Assembly (NCBI GenBank): GCA_018826295.1
Contig: JAHJZX010000040.1
Coordinates: forward strand, 79,688 to 143,687
Origin: Gammaproteobacteria bacterium
GTDB taxonomy: Bacteria; Pseudomonadota; Gammaproteobacteria; Enterobacterales; Alteromonadaceae
Length of the DNA stretch: 64,000 nucleotides
Reading direction: 5' to 3'
The notes under the pieces were generated by a model. That model worked only from the letters and a program-made list of their open reading frames with translations. It was not told where the DNA came from and made no database searches. Shown piece after piece: positions 38,158 to 48,666 of this stretch. Made by a program: the position numbers and the translations under genes. How positions within the stretch are numbered: position 1 is the stretch's first letter; every line of letters starts with the position of its first letter.

Positions 38158-38652
38158 CTACTTCGTCCTCTCGATTAAAAACAACTGCGCTGCCTGTGCT
38201 GCGGTTAACTGGTAAAACTGCGGTTGTCCGGCTCGCTGCAGTAAATAGCGGCCGTTATCACCGCTGGTATCGTTATCCGGATACAACAACCAGATCAGCG
38301 GCGCATTTTGCCCTACCAGCTGTACGCTGGCCTGCGCTACCGGCACCCGGCTTTTATCGGCAGCCACGTCAACTGCGGTAAGTAAACTGTGCTGCCAGGC
38401 TAGCGCCAGTTGTGCGGCATCTACCGCCTTTGTACCTTGCGGTTGCAATTGCCACTGCGGCCCGGCTTTAATTAACCGTTGGTTGGCAAACGCCACCATC
38501 AGCAACTCACTGTCGGCCGGCACCAAACGTTGTTCGGGTTCTGACGCATTAAATTGTGCCAAACGTTGCGGAATACCATATAGCGCAAACATTAAAATCA
38601 GCACTGCAAAAATCAGTACGTTATTCCAGTTACGGCGGGACAGTTTTATCAT
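38158..38652 (-). CDS. Hypothetical membrane-anchored protein
   Basis: [13 protein letters not shown]-terminal TM; in operon with mutM. Confidence 0.75.
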   Translation of the reverse strand: MIKLSRRNWNNVLIFAVLILMFALYGIPQRLAQFNASEPEQRLVPADSELLMVAFANQRLIKAGPQWQLQPQGTKAVDAAQLALAWQHSLLTAVDVAADKSRVPVAQASVQLVGQNAPLIWLLYPDNDTSGDNGRYLLQRAGQPQFYQLTAAQAAQLFLIERTK

Positions 38653-38704
38653 GTAAATACCTGTCAGCTAAGGTGACACGGCATAGTAACGTAGGCGGGG
38701 CTTA

Positions 38705-38735
38705 AAAAGCAAAAACCCGGCGTTGGCCGGGTTTC
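38705..38735 (-). terminator. Intrinsic terminator after rpmG
   Basis: AAACCCGGC...GCCGGGTTT hairpin with T tract on the minus strand. Confidence 0.8.
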
Positions 38736-38744
38736 TGTGTTCGA

Positions 38745-38900
38745 TTACTTGATTTTCGCTTCTTTGAAAATCACGTGCTTGCGCACTTTAGGATCGAACT
38801 TTTTGATTTCCATCTTTTCTGGCATGGTGCGCTTGTTCTTCGTAGTTGTATAGAAGAAACCAGTGCCTGCAGAAGAGACTAAACGGATTTTATCGCGCAT
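38745..38900 (-). CDS. rpmG: 50S ribosomal protein L33 (absent from ORF track)
   Basis: Manual translation [51 protein letters not shown]. Confidence 0.98.
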   Translation of the reverse strand: MRDKIRLVSSAGTGFFYTTTKNKRTMPEKMEIKKFDPKVRKHVIFKEAKIK

Positions 38901-38911
38901 TTTTTATTTCC

Positions 38912-39148
38912 TTACACCTTGTGACCGTTAGCACGCACGTCGGCTAAAACCGCATCGATACCTTTCTTATCGATGATGCGCATACCACGGGTAGAAGTAC
39001 GTAATGTAACAAAACGGTTTTCACTTTCAACCCAGAAACGGTGAGTTTGCAGGTTAGGCAGGAAACGGCGCTTAGTAGCATTGTTGGCGTGTGAACGACG
39101 GTTACCCACCATCGGACCTTTACCAGTTACTTGGCACACTCTAGACAT
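38912..39148 (-). CDS. rpmB: 50S ribosomal protein L28
   Basis: [23 protein letters not shown]. Confidence 0.98.
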   Translation of the reverse strand: MSRVCQVTGKGPMVGNRRSHANNATKRRFLPNLQTHRFWVESENRFVTLRTSTRGMRIIDKKGIDAVLADVRANGHKV

Positions 39149-39312
39149 GTCAATAGTTCTCCAAAATTTCATCAGCTCGAGCTGTCATCACCCTTCCGGC
39201 CAAGAAGGTTGCCCCAAAACAAGAGGGCGCAATTTATACACGAATAAGCCGCCTTATTCAAGCGAAATCTTTCGCCCGCGCGCAAAGATCCGCCGTGGAT
39301 CTATGCAGATCT

Positions 39313-39987
39313 TCACAGCCAGCCACGCTCTGCAAAGGAGATCACGTCAGCATCGCCCACAATAAAATGGTCCAACACCTTGATATCTACCAACATTAAC
39401 GCCTGAACTAAGCGTTCAGTAATCGCTTTGTCCGCCCGGCTGGGCTCGGCCACACCGGATGGATGATTGTGCGCCAGAATAACAGCGGCGGCATTATGCG
39501 CTAAAGCCTGCTGAACTACAATACGCGGATACACCGGACTGGCATCTATAGTACCGGCAAACAGCGGCTCGGCTTTAATCAAGCGGTGCTGGCTGTCTAA
39601 ATACAGCAATAAAAACACTTCGCGCTGCTCGCCACTAATTGCATGTTGCAAATAGCGCTTCACGCTGCCGGGGTCGTTAAACACGGTTTCGCGTTGTATT
39701 TGCTGCTGTAAATAACGTTTACTCAGCTCCAGCACCGCCTGCAATTGCACAAATTTGGCCTCTCCCAGGCCTTTTGCCGCACAAAAATCACTTTGGCTGG
39801 CGCCTAATAAACGCCGTAACGAGCCAAACTGATTTAACAACTGCCGCGCCAGTGTCACCGCATCGGTGCCAGCAATACCGGTGCGCAAAAAAATTGCCAG
39901 TAACTCGGCATCTGACAGCGCCATTGCGCCTCTGTCGAGCAGTTTTTCCCGTGGCCGCTCTGCAGCGGGCCAGTGTCGAATACTCAT
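39313..39987 (-). CDS. radC: RadC/YicR JAB-domain protein
   Basis: [15 protein letters not shown]...PSRAD, VLDH; start moved to MSIRHW. Confidence 0.96.
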   Translation of the reverse strand: MSIRHWPAAERPREKLLDRGAMALSDAELLAIFLRTGIAGTDAVTLARQLLNQFGSLRRLLGASQSDFCAAKGLGEAKFVQLQAVLELSKRYLQQQIQRETVFNDPGSVKRYLQHAISGEQREVFLLLYLDSQHRLIKAEPLFAGTIDASPVYPRIVVQQALAHNAAAVILAHNHPSGVAEPSRADKAITERLVQALMLVDIKVLDHFIVGDADVISFAERGWL

Positions 39988-40069
39988 GCAATCACTCCCT
40001 GAATTGATGCTGAATTTGTGTTTCCATGCTATCTTAGCGCCAGTTTTTTCCACTTCCGGTGGCTCTGTT

Positions 40070-41281
40070 ATGCAGCAAACGCTTGCCAACAAACGTATTT
40101 TACTGGGTGTCAGCGGTGGCATTGCCGCCTATAAAAGTGCCGATTTAGTTCGCCGCCTCAAAGAGCGTGGCGCACAGGTACGGGTTATTTTAACCGACGC
40201 GGCGCAGCACTTTATTACCCCGCTAACGTTACAGGCACTGTCTGGCAACCCGGTTAGCTCCAGCTTGCTCGACCCGGCTGCCGAAGCCGCCATGGGCCAT
40301 ATCGAACTGGCAAAATGGGCCGACATGGTACTGATTGCTCCGGCCAGCGCCGATATTATCGCCCGCATCGCGCACGGTTTAGCTAACGATTTACTCACCA
40401 CCTGCATTTTGGCCACTGCTGCCCCGGTTGCGGTAGCACCGGCAATGAACCAGCAGATGTATAAAAACATAGCCACCCAACAGAATTTAGCCAGGTTAAG
40501 TTCATATAATTTTTACATTTACGGCCCGGGCGTAGGCGATCAGGCCTGTGGTGACACCGGTTCAGGCCGCATGTTAGAGCCGCTCGAGCTGGTTAGCGCG
40601 TTAGAAAAACATTTTTTAGCTGAACAGCAACTTAATAACATTAAAATTACAATAACCGCCGGCCCAACCCGTGAGGCCATTGATCCGGTACGGTACATCT
40701 CTAACCACAGCTCAGGCAAGATGGGCTTTGCTTTAGCTGCCGCCGCCGCCGCGATGGGCGCTGAGGTTACGCTGATCAGCGGCCCGGTACAGTTAGCCAC
40801 TCCTGCCGGGGTAAAACGCCTGGACGTTACCACTGCGCAGCAAATGCATGACGCCGCTCTGGCACAGGCAGTACAAAGCGATATCTTTATTGGCTGCGCA
40901 GCAGTAGCCGATTACCGCGTGGCAAACGTCGCTGATGAGAAGATGAAAAAACAAGGCGACAGTGCGCTGGAATTAAAACTGGTGCAAAACCCGGATATTA
41001 TTGCCAGCGTTGCCGCGTTAAGCACTAAGCGGCCTTTTACTGTCGGTTTTGCCGCAGAAACGCAAAACGTGCTGCAGTACGCCAAAGATAAACTGGCGCG
41101 CAAAAAGCTGGATTTAATTTGTGCTAATGACGTATCCAAGGCTGAGCACGGCTTTAACAGCGACAACAATGCTGTCACCTTGCTATGGCACTCTGGCGAG
41201 CTGGCCTTACCGGCACAAGCTAAAGCCAGCCTGGCGAAAGCAATATTGCAGCATATCCACAGCCAGTACTGCGCCAACTAA
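40070..41281 (+). CDS. coaBC: Phosphopantothenoylcysteine decarboxylase/synthetase
   Basis: [34 protein letters not shown]; start moved to MQQTL. Confidence 0.97.
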   Translation: MQQTLANKRILLGVSGGIAAYKSADLVRRLKERGAQVRVILTDAAQHFITPLTLQALSGNPVSSSLLDPAAEAAMGHIELAKWADMVLIAPASADIIARIAHGLANDLLTTCILATAAPVAVAPAMNQQMYKNIATQQNLARLSSYNFYIYGPGVGDQACGDTGSGRMLEPLELVSALEKHFLAEQQLNNIKITITAGPTREAIDPVRYISNHSSGKMGFALAAAAAAMGAEVTLISGPVQLATPAGVKRLDVTTAQQMHDAALAQAVQSDIFIGCAAVADYRVANVADEKMKKQGDSALELKLVQNPDIIASVAALSTKRPFTVGFAAETQNVLQYAKDKLARKKLDLICANDVSKAEHGFNSDNNAVTLLWHSGELALPAQAKASLAKAILQHIHSQYCAN

Positions 41282-41329
41282 TTAGCGTTAAAATACTATT
41301 TGTAATTAAAATAAAGAGTTAAGCCGTAA

Positions 41330-41788
41330 ATGAAAAAAGCTATCGATTTAAAAATTCTCGACCCGCGTATTGGCACTGACTTCCCGTTGCCGGCCTATGC
41401 CACACCGGGTTCAGCCGGTTTAGACCTGCGCGCCTGCTTAGATAGCACGCTAAACCTGGCACCGGGCGAGACGGTGTTAATTCCAACCGGTTTATCCATT
41501 TTTATTGGCGATGCTAACCTGTGCGCCACCATCCTGCCCCGCTCTGGCCTGGGCCATAAGCACGGCATAGTACTGGGTAACCTGGTCGGTTTAATTGACT
41601 CAGATTACCAGGGCCCGTTAATGGTATCGATGTGGAACCGCGGCAAAGACAGCTTTACCATTGAACCGGGTGATCGTATCGCCCAGCTGGTATTTATGCC
41701 GGTAGTGCAGGCCGACTTTAACATCGTCGAGAGCTTTGAGCAGACTGAGCGCGGCGAAGGTGGTTTTGGCCATTCCGGCAAAGCATAA
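41330..41788 (+). CDS. dut: dUTP diphosphatase
   Basis: [29 protein letters not shown]. Confidence 0.98.
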   Translation: MKKAIDLKILDPRIGTDFPLPAYATPGSAGLDLRACLDSTLNLAPGETVLIPTGLSIFIGDANLCATILPRSGLGHKHGIVLGNLVGLIDSDYQGPLMVSMWNRGKDSFTIEPGDRIAQLVFMPVVQADFNIVESFEQTERGEGGFGHSGKA

Positions 41789-41890
41789 TTAGTATAAAGC
41801 ACAGTTTTATCTAGCGCCGAAGGCCGGTGTACTTATAGGTAGGATACATTTTACCTGTCCGGCTAAAGACGCAAGCAGACAGCAATACTC

Positions 41891-41966
41891 TCTGCACCGG
41901 CTTCAAGGATCACATCCTTGTGCCCTCTCAGCCTGCGCGGCGTCCATGCCGCTGTTCCGAGAGCAC
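41891..41966 (+). repeat. 76-bp interspersed repeat, copy 1
   Basis: 69/76 identical to the reverse complement of 42671-42746. Confidence 0.9.
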
Positions 41967-42046
41967 GCTGTCTGCCAGCGCCAGATATACCGCTGCCAAC
42001 GACTGTAGCAGCAAACGTACACGTTAAATTGAATACAGGACACGCA

Positions 42047-42637
42047 ATGCCGGCACCACGCAGTACAAACCGCAAAGAAGATATTCTGCAAGCCTTAGCC
42101 GCCATGCTACAAAGCAATAACGGCCAGCGCATTACCACGGCCGCACTGGCAGAAAAAGTCGGTGTATCTGAGGCTGCGCTGTATCGTCATTTCCCCAGCA
42201 AAGCGCGGATGTTTGAAGGGCTAATCGAGTTTATTGAAAACACGCTGCTATCGCGCATTAACGTCATTCTGGACGAGCATAAAGACACCGCCAGTCGCTG
42301 CGAATTAATTCTGCAGCTGATATTAGTCTTTGCCGAACGAAACCCCGGCATTTGCCGCATTTTAACCGGTGATGCGTTGCAGGGTGAGCAGGAACGCCTG
42401 CAAGAACGCGTAGCCCAGTTATTTGAAAAGCTGGAAACCCAGTTAAAGCAATGCCTGCGTGAGCGCAAGCTGCGTGAAGGTAAAGGCTTTAATATCGACG
42501 AAGGCGAGCTGGCCAACCTGCTGCTGGCCACGGTAGAGGGTAAACTGAGCCAGTTTGTCCGCTCCGGTTTCACCCGGCTGCCAACCCAGCACTGGGCTAA
42601 TCAATGGGCACAACTACAACTGGCTTTATTTTCCTGA
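42047..42637 (+). CDS. slmA: Nucleoid occlusion factor SlmA
   Basis: Tet[19 protein letters not shown]; position after dut; start moved to MPAPR. Confidence 0.96.
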   Translation: MPAPRSTNRKEDILQALAAMLQSNNGQRITTAALAEKVGVSEAALYRHFPSKARMFEGLIEFIENTLLSRINVILDEHKDTASRCELILQLILVFAERNPGICRILTGDALQGEQERLQERVAQLFEKLETQLKQCLRERKLREGKGFNIDEGELANLLLATVEGKLSQFVRSGFTRLPTQHWANQWAQLQLALFS

Positions 42638-42670
42638 ATAAAACACCGGACTATTAGCAGAGTGGCTGGT

Positions 42671-42746
42671 GTGCTTTCGTAGCAGCGGCATGGATGCCGC
42701 GCAGGCTGAGAGGGCACAGGGATGTGATCCTTGAAGCCGGCGGAGA
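42671..42746 (-). repeat. 76-bp interspersed repeat, copy 2 (inverted)
   Basis: 69/76 identical to 41891-41966 in inverted orientation. Confidence 0.9.
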
Positions 42747-42840
42747 AAGCATTTCCAGCCACACTGCTTTACGCCAAATCAGCAAAGCACACCTAATCCC
42801 TTCCTCAAGCAGCCGTATTTTTTCCGAAAGAAGAAACAGC

Positions 42841-43212
42841 TTAAAAGAAACGTTCGTAAATCGCCGCGCCCCACACCAGCGCTACTATTACTAAGCTAAC
42901 AAACACCGCCGCCGAGCCCATATCTTTGGCGCGGCCCGACAATTCATGCCGCTCCAGACCAACCCTGTCAGTCAGTGATTCAATAGCCGAATTTAACAGC
43001 TCCACCACCAATACCAGGCACCATACGCCAACCAACAGCGCAAACTGGCTAACAGAATTCGCCAGCCAGGCAGCCAGCGGTATAGAAAGAACGGCTAAGG
43101 TAGTTTCCTGGCGAAAGGCCGACTCAAACTTCCAGCTGGCAGCAAAGCCCTGCATTGAGCATTTTGCGGCTTTAATAATGCGGCCTAAACCGGTGCCATT
43201 GGGCTTTAACAT
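42841..43212 (-). CDS. dgkA: Diacylglycerol kinase
   Basis: ESAFRQE, ELLNSAIE..D, SGRAKDMGSAAV. Confidence 0.95.
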   Translation of the reverse strand: MLKPNGTGLGRIIKAAKCSMQGFAASWKFESAFRQETTLAVLSIPLAAWLANSVSQFALLVGVWCLVLVVELLNSAIESLTDRVGLERHELSGRAKDMGSAAVFVSLVIVALVWGAAIYERFF

Positions 43213-43213
43213 C

Positions 43214-43858
43214 TTAGTTCACCCCATACTGCGCCCGGTACGCTTTCACGGCTTCCAGGTGCTGTGCCAGTTCCGGCTTATCAGCCAAATAGCTGATTAA
43301 ATCCGGCAGGCTGATAATCGAGATGACTTTAGTATTAAAATCACGCTCCACTTCCTGAATCGCCGACAGCTCACCCTGGCCGCGCTCTTGCCGGTCCAGT
43401 GCAATCAATACACCGGTAAGCTCTGCGCCCTGCGCCTGAATTAACTGCATAGATTCGCGAATCGCCGTGCCGGCGGTAATAACATCGTCCACCAGCATAA
43501 TGCGACCCTTTAGCGGCGAGCCAACTAAATTACCGCCCTCGCCATGGGTTTTCGCTTCTTTGCGGTTAAAGCAATACGGCACGTCACGGTTATAATGATC
43601 CGCCAAGGCTACCGCTGTTGTAGTAGCAATAGGAATACCCTTATACGCCGGGCCAAACAGCACATCAAACTCAAGGCCGCTGTCTTGCAACGCTGCAGCA
43701 TAAAAGCGGCCCAGTTTGGCTAAATCGCCGCCGCTGTTAAACAAACCGGCATTAAAAAAGTATGGGCTGGTGCGGCCGGATTTCAGCGTAAAACTGCCAA
43801 ACTTAAGCACCTGGCGCGACAGCGCAAACTCAATAAAATCAATTTGAAATTGTTTCAT
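43214..43858 (-). CDS. pyrE: Orotate phosphoribosyltransferase
   Basis: [29 protein letters not shown]. Confidence 0.98.
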   Translation of the reverse strand: MKQFQIDFIEFALSRQVLKFGSFTLKSGRTSPYFFNAGLFNSGGDLAKLGRFYAAALQDSGLEFDVLFGPAYKGIPIATTTAVALADHYNRDVPYCFNRKEAKTHGEGGNLVGSPLKGRIMLVDDVITAGTAIRESMQLIQAQGAELTGVLIALDRQERGQGELSAIQEVERDFNTKVISIISLPDLISYLADKPELAQHLEAVKAYRAQYGVN

Positions 43859-43908
43859 AGCCTGATCTTTACCTTCAAAGATTTTTACCTGTAAACTTTA
43901 AATCAGCC

Positions 43909-44622
43909 TTAAGCCAGTACGCGCTTTTGCTCGTCGATAATTTCACGGATGGCATGCTTGCCTAAATCCATCATCTGCTGCATTTCTTCAAAGCTAAACG
44001 GCGCTTCTTCAGCGGTGCCCTGAATTTCAATCACTTTGCCGGTTTCGGTCATCACGATATTCATATCGGTTTCAGCGTTTGAATCTTCGGCGTAGTCTAA
44101 ATCAGCCACTGCCGTGCCTTTATAAATACCCACCGATACCGCGGCTACCATAAAATTCAGCGGGTTGGTTTTAATAATACCTTTAGCGCGCATATGGTTA
44201 AGCGCATCTACCAACGCCACACAAGCACCGGTAATAGACGCCGTGCGGGTGCCGCCATCGGCCTGAATGACATCACAGTCAATGGTAATGGTATTTTCAC
44301 CCAGCAGTTTTAAATCTACTGCGGTACGCAGTGCGCGGCCAATCAGGCGCTGAATTTCCATGGTGCGGCCGCCTTGCTTACCCCGTGCCGCTTCGCGGTC
44401 ATTACGGGTATGGGTAGCGCGTGGCAGCATGCCGTATTCGGCTGTTATCCAGCCTTTACCCTGGCCTTTCATAAAGCGCGGTACACCTTCAATTACGCTG
44501 GCGGTACAAATTACCTTGGTATTACCAAATTCAACCAATACTGAACCTTCAGCATGAGCGGTAAATTGACGGGTAAAAGTAAGGGGACGGATCTGACTGG
44601 CGGTTCTGCCACTTGGACGCAT
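43909..44622 (-). CDS. rph: Ribonuclease PH
   Basis: [26 protein letters not shown]. Confidence 0.98.
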   Translation of the reverse strand: MRPSGRTASQIRPLTFTRQFTAHAEGSVLVEFGNTKVICTASVIEGVPRFMKGQGKGWITAEYGMLPRATHTRNDREAARGKQGGRTMEIQRLIGRALRTAVDLKLLGENTITIDCDVIQADGGTRTASITGACVALVDALNHMRAKGIIKTNPLNFMVAAVSVGIYKGTAVADLDYAEDSNAETDMNIVMTETGKVIEIQGTAEEAPFSFEEMQQMMDLGKHAIREIIDEQKRVLA

Positions 44623-44655
44623 AGCTGCACTCCTGAAATTAACAATGCCCGACAT

Positions 44656-44782
44656 TATACGCTATGAATTTCTAAATGCACGTAGGCGGCCAGGCTGCGA
44701 GCCCGATGAGCTTAGCAATACCAAGTGAATCGGCGAGTAGTTGCAGCCAACACCCGTGCAGTTTGAAAGGCGACGCGTATTA
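44656..44782. repeat. ERIC-like palindromic MITE in the rph-yicC intergenic region
   Basis: About 127 bp, TATACGC...GCGTAT ends, core GAGCTTA...AAGTGA, GCAGCCAAC...TGCA.TTTGAA as in the ERIC consensus. Confidence 0.8.
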
Positions 44783-44853
44783 GGGCGAGCAATTCGCCAA
44801 AAAGCCTTAGCCTCGGGTATACTCTGGTTTTATTTGTCGCCAGAGAGCTATTT

Positions 44854-45714
44854 ATGATCCACAGCATGACCGCCTTCGCCCGTCACGAAACCAAAGCCAG
44901 CTGGGGCACTGCCCAGTGGGAGATCCGCTCGGTAAACCAACGTTACCTGGAGTCCTACTTTCGCCTGCCCGAGCAGTTTCGCGGTTTAGAAAGCCTGCTG
45001 CGCGACAAACTGCGTAACAACCTGCAGCGCGGCAAAATAGAAGTAAACCTGCGCTACCATGCTAACCAGGCCGCCGGTGAACTAACGTTAAACGAAGTAT
45101 TCGCCGAGCAATTACTCCAAAAAGCCCAGCAGTTACTGCAAAAAGCGCCGCAAGCGCAGTTAAACATTGCCGACATCCTGCGCTGGCCGGGCGTAATGGA
45201 AACACCAACTGAAGATTTAGACGCCCTGCAAGCTGAACTGCTGGCCGGTTTCGATGCCGCCCTGCAAGACTTCCTTGCCGGCCGTGGCCGCGAAGGCGAA
45301 GCCATTGAAGGCATGATCCAACAGCGTTTAACTGCCATCAGCGAACAAGTCGCCTTTGTGCGCAGCCACCTGCCACAAGCCATGCAATGGCAGCGCGACC
45401 GTATTGTTAACCGCTTAAATGAGATTAAAGCCGATTTAGACCAGAGCCGTCTGGAACAAGAAATGGCGTTTTTAGCCTCAAAATCCGACGTCGCCGAAGA
45501 GCTCGACCGCCTCGATGCCCACATTAAAGAAACCCGCCACACGCTGAAAAAAGGCGGCGCCTGCGGCCGACGGCTCGATTTTATGATGCAGGAATTTAAC
45601 CGCGAAGCGAACACCTTGTCTTCCAAAGCCATCAGCACCGAGATCACCAATGCCGCAGTAGAGCTTAAGGTGTTAATCGAACAGATGCGCGAGCAGATCC
45701 AAAACGTGGAATAA
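44854..45714 (+). CDS. yicC: YicC/YloC family endoribonuclease
   Basis: SMTAFAR, EIRSVNQRYL, GRRLDFMMQEFNREANT, EQIQNVE. Confidence 0.97.
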   Translation: MIHSMTAFARHETKASWGTAQWEIRSVNQRYLESYFRLPEQFRGLESLLRDKLRNNLQRGKIEVNLRYHANQAAGELTLNEVFAEQLLQKAQQLLQKAPQAQLNIADILRWPGVMETPTEDLDALQAELLAGFDAALQDFLAGRGREGEAIEGMIQQRLTAISEQVAFVRSHLPQAMQWQRDRIVNRLNEIKADLDQSRLEQEMAFLASKSDVAEELDRLDAHIKETRHTLKKGGACGRRLDFMMQEFNREANTLSSKAISTEITNAAVELKVLIEQMREQIQNVE

Positions 45715-45848
45715 CACAAGCCATCGCCAATCAAGCAGCAGATTCAATAAGCAGTCTGCTGCATTGATATTACATACCTGGTACTTCTGCCCCCAGCAGC
45801 GGTTTTCACCAAACACCCCATTTCTACCAACTGCGCCAAATGCCGGCT
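45692..45848 (+). repeat. 157-bp direct repeat copy 1 (last 23 nt of yicC + terminator + Fic 3' end)
   Basis: 154/157 identical to 48986-49142. Confidence 0.95.
45735..45762. terminator. Hairpin between convergent yicC and Fic genes
   Basis: GCAGCAGA...TCTGCTGC stem; duplicated within repeat copy 2. Confidence 0.6.
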
Positions 45849-46877
45849 AGCTGTCGCCGGGCTGACCTTAGCAACTTTGCCGTACTGGCTATTACTGATG
45901 CCTTCGCTGAAGTCGCCATAGAGCAGCCGGTTTAGTACTTTGACTTGCTCTTTGCTCAGTTGCGTTTGGTCTAGCCGTTGCCAAAATCGCGTTTTTTGCA
46001 GCGTTTGATCGATATCAGCCAGCGCCTGCTTTAGGCTAGCGGCTAGCGTGTCTAGAAACCAAACCAACCAAGCAGTGATATCGGTATCGCCTTTTTGGCT
46101 TTGCTCAAGAATGTCGTAGTAGCTGCTTCGCCTTTCCAGAATAGCAACCGACATGGCGTAAAAGCGGATCGACTGGTGTTCGGCCTGCGCCAGTGCCAGA
46201 TCGGTCAGCAGCCTGGCCAAACGACCATTGCCATCTTCCAGTGAATGAATAGTGATAAACCAGAAATGGGCAATGCCAGCGCGCAACAGTGGATCTAAAT
46301 TAGTGTCATCCCGCGAGCGGTTAAACCAGTCTATAAAGCAATTAAGCTCGCCTTCCAAAACTTCACGCGGTGGTGCTTCGAAATGCACTTTAGGCCGGTC
46401 TATTTTGCCTGACACAACCTGCATCGGCTCGTTACCGCGAAGGTGCCCGCCCTGCACCTTTTGCAGCAATGAACTGTCGGTCGGAAATAGCCAGGAGTGC
46501 CACTGTAATAATCGTTCCAGTGTTAATGGCTGTTGCCAATTACCGATAGCATCGGTCACCATCGCAGCAAGGCCATCAGACTGGGCTGTCGCTGCAACGC
46601 TTTGCAGTTCAGCAATACCCAGCTTACGCGCTAATGAAGAACGTACCACGCTATGGTTAAGTTGCTCTCCCTCAATGGCGCTAGAGGTAAGAATATTGGC
46701 AAGCATGGTATCCAGTGCAGCCTGCTGGTTGTTTTGCACACCCATTTTACCCAGCAGTATGCCCTGCAAAAAGTGCAGCTCACGCAACTTAGGCATCAAT
46801 GCCATATGATCAAAACGAAAGACTTGTGGTGCATCATGCTGACGGCCGGGCCAATCGGGTTGTTGCCAGATCCACAT
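45744..46877 (-). CDS. Fic family protein (DUF4172-like N-terminus, Fic domain, C-terminal HTH)
   Basis: MWIWQQPDWP start after AGGAG; Fic motif variant HSLEDGNGRLAR; TASRHL..L...G HTH. Confidence 0.9.
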   Translation of the reverse strand: MWIWQQPDWPGRQHDAPQVFRFDHMALMPKLRELHFLQGILLGKMGVQNNQQAALDTMLANILTSSAIEGEQLNHSVVRSSLARKLGIAELQSVAATAQSDGLAAMVTDAIGNWQQPLTLERLLQWHSWLFPTDSSLLQKVQGGHLRGNEPMQVVSGKIDRPKVHFEAPPREVLEGELNCFIDWFNRSRDDTNLDPLLRAGIAHFWFITIHSLEDGNGRLARLLTDLALAQAEHQSIRFYAMSVAILERRSSYYDILEQSQKGDTDITAWLVWFLDTLAASLKQALADIDQTLQKTRFWQRLDQTQLSKEQVKVLNRLLYGDFSEGISNSQYGKVAKVSPATASRHLAQLVEMGCLVKTAAGGRSTRYVISMQQTAY

Positions 46878-46896
46878 AGGCAAGGCTCCTGCTGAT

Positions 46897-46941
46897 TGAG
46901 GTGAATACATGATACAATTCACTCACATAGTGAGGTGAATA
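46897..46941. promoter_or_regulatory. Paired TGAGGTGAATA direct repeats upstream of Fic (candidate operator)
   Basis: Copies start at 46897 and 46931; same 34-nt spacing recurs at 49166/49200. Confidence 0.5.
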
Positions 46942-47140
46942 ATAAAACTAATCATCTCAAGAGACTGCAATTCAGATGTTTGTAGCCGTCTTAACAATCC
47001 TGTACGGCTATTATTACTGGCGATAAATCGCTTAAAACGAGGTGCAAACTCCTCGGTTTGCATTTTCAAATGGTAAGCCTTGGCAAGTTGATGTAAATAG
47101 CGCGATGCTTGATTTCACCCACGGTCTCAATCACGCAATA

Positions 47141-48076
47141 TCAGCCGATATGCTGCTTTGTTAGCAATTGAACAATTTTGAGGGCATCAGACCACGCGAC
47201 AGGTTGAGGGTGATAAACCAAAGGCCCGATAAATCGTTTATAGCGTTCAGCATATTTGGGTTCTTCTAACCGGGCCAGGCCAAATAATAGTTCCTTGCAA
47301 GGATCAGCTTTAAACTCTGGGTGTTGTTCGCCAAATTGAGTCACGTCAGTCTCGATCACTGCATCGATTAATTGCTTAAATTCTGCTTTATTCGCTAACT
47401 CAGTTTTAATCTGATAGAGATCGTAAGCATGGCGAATTAACTGATCGTCATCCTGCCGCTCTGAATAGCGGGTTGCAACTGCCGTTCGGCGTAGCAGCGA
47501 AACCAGTTTCTCTGCAGCGGTGGAGACAAGAGAAACACAAGCAAACCGCTCAACTTCTGGCACCTTATTTGTGACATCAGCATACAACGAACTGACCGGA
47601 TGGTAAGTGGCAGGCTGTAGTAGCTCAGACTCGGTCAGTTCTAATTGAATATGCGTCCGTAGTGCGTCACTGGAAGGGAATGCATTAGGATAATTTAGCA
47701 GTAATTGTAAAAACCGACGTTCATTTCGAACAACTGGATCCTGGCTCTGAGTAAAAAGCCCACTATCAAGTATTTGATTCGTGATATTGAGGTGGATGCG
47801 TTTTCTCAGTGTGCGTTGCGCAGAATTGCTTAACAGCTTTGTCGCAGCGTCAGGCACCAACTTTAAGTCTATGTCCTCAGACATCCGGTGTGTTTGTTTA
47901 TACACCTTAGCCAAACAGGTACCACCAGCGAATACTAGCTGATATCCCTCTGTGTCGGTGGTGCTGAGCAGGCGGAGCAGTTGTATCAGGAAGTAATCTT
48001 TTTCGACGATAGCCGGATCGGTAATATCAAGAGCATCTGCAACCTCGGCAAACATTACTGGTTCAGGCAGCATCAT
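47141..48076 (-). CDS. AbiEii/AbiGii-family nucleotidyltransferase toxin (pair 1)
   Basis: VEKD, FAGGTCL, RMSEDIDL, EKLVSLLRR; ATGA overlap with upstream gene. Confidence 0.88.
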   Translation of the reverse strand: MMLPEPVMFAEVADALDITDPAIVEKDYFLIQLLRLLSTTDTEGYQLVFAGGTCLAKVYKQTHRMSEDIDLKLVPDAATKLLSNSAQRTLRKRIHLNITNQILDSGLFTQSQDPVVRNERRFLQLLLNYPNAFPSSDALRTHIQLELTESELLQPATYHPVSSLYADVTNKVPEVERFACVSLVSTAAEKLVSLLRRTAVATRYSERQDDDQLIRHAYDLYQIKTELANKAEFKQLIDAVIETDVTQFGEQHPEFKADPCKELLFGLARLEEPKYAERYKRFIGPLVYHPQPVAWSDALKIVQLLTKQHIG

Positions 48077-48489
48077 GAACGCTGCTCGACCTGAAGCTGC
48101 ATATTGCGTAGTGATATTTTGCGATTAAAACGGCTTTTTACAATAACTTTGGCATTCACAGGAACCTGAGTGGTTTCACCTTTGTTATAACGAACCAGTT
48201 CATCTGATGGCTGCCAGGCAACACCTAACCGCTCAAGTGCTTGTTCAGATACCGCCTTAAAGCCACCTGTAGATGCCAGCATAGGCTTCCCCGTGATGCT
48301 GCTGATCCGGGCTTTAGCATATAAACCATAACCAATTTTCAGTAGCTTGCCCTCAGCCACTAACTCTCGAAGTGCCCGCCCTACCTGATCATAGCCACCC
48401 AATTGTTCAAAATCAGCGCGCAGAAAAACATCTTGCTTGGTGCGACTAATTTGCTGCTCAACCTGTTGCTTTAAACTTATCTTTGGCAC
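48073..48489 (-). CDS. AbiEi/DUF6088-like wHTH antitoxin (pair 1)
   Basis: FLRADF..LGGYDQVGRALRELV.EGKL.KIGYGLY; GTG start after GGAGG. Confidence 0.82.
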   Translation of the reverse strand: MPKISLKQQVEQQISRTKQDVFLRADFEQLGGYDQVGRALRELVAEGKLLKIGYGLYAKARISSITGKPMLASTGGFKAVSEQALERLGVAWQPSDELVRYNKGETTQVPVNAKVIVKSRFNRKISLRNMQLQVEQRS

Positions 48490-48521
48490 AAGACACCTCC
48501 GGTATTACGCTGCATCAGCTT

Positions 48522-48559
48522 AGCAAAAATACGACAAACACCCAAGCAAAAATACGACA
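48522..48559. promoter_or_regulatory. 15-bp direct repeat AGCAAAAATACGACA x2 upstream of antitoxin 1
   Basis: Perfect copies at 48522 and 48545. Confidence 0.5.
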
Positions 48560-48666
48560 CTTTACTCGGCACTCTGTAAACGATGCCCTTTGCACATAGT
48601 CAGCACCGCAATTTATAGAATAAAATCAAGCGTCAAAACAGAAAAAGTATCAGCCAGAGCGTTAAG

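Noticed and set aside
39988-40122. Long N-terminal extensions of radC, coaBC and slmA given by the ORF track
   Set aside because: They overlap the divergent gene or a repeat; downstream ATGs give family-typical lengths and starts
45054-45734. 226-aa ORF antisense to yicC, and the many other nested or antisense ORFs in the track
   Set aside because: Shadow ORFs fully overlapping well-supported genes, with no motifs
46960-47135. Possible frameshifted gene fragment (...IKHRAIY / AKAYHLKMQTEEFAPRFKRF...) between AbiEii and Fic
   Set aside because: Looks protein-like but has no start context or recognisable family; needs tBLASTx
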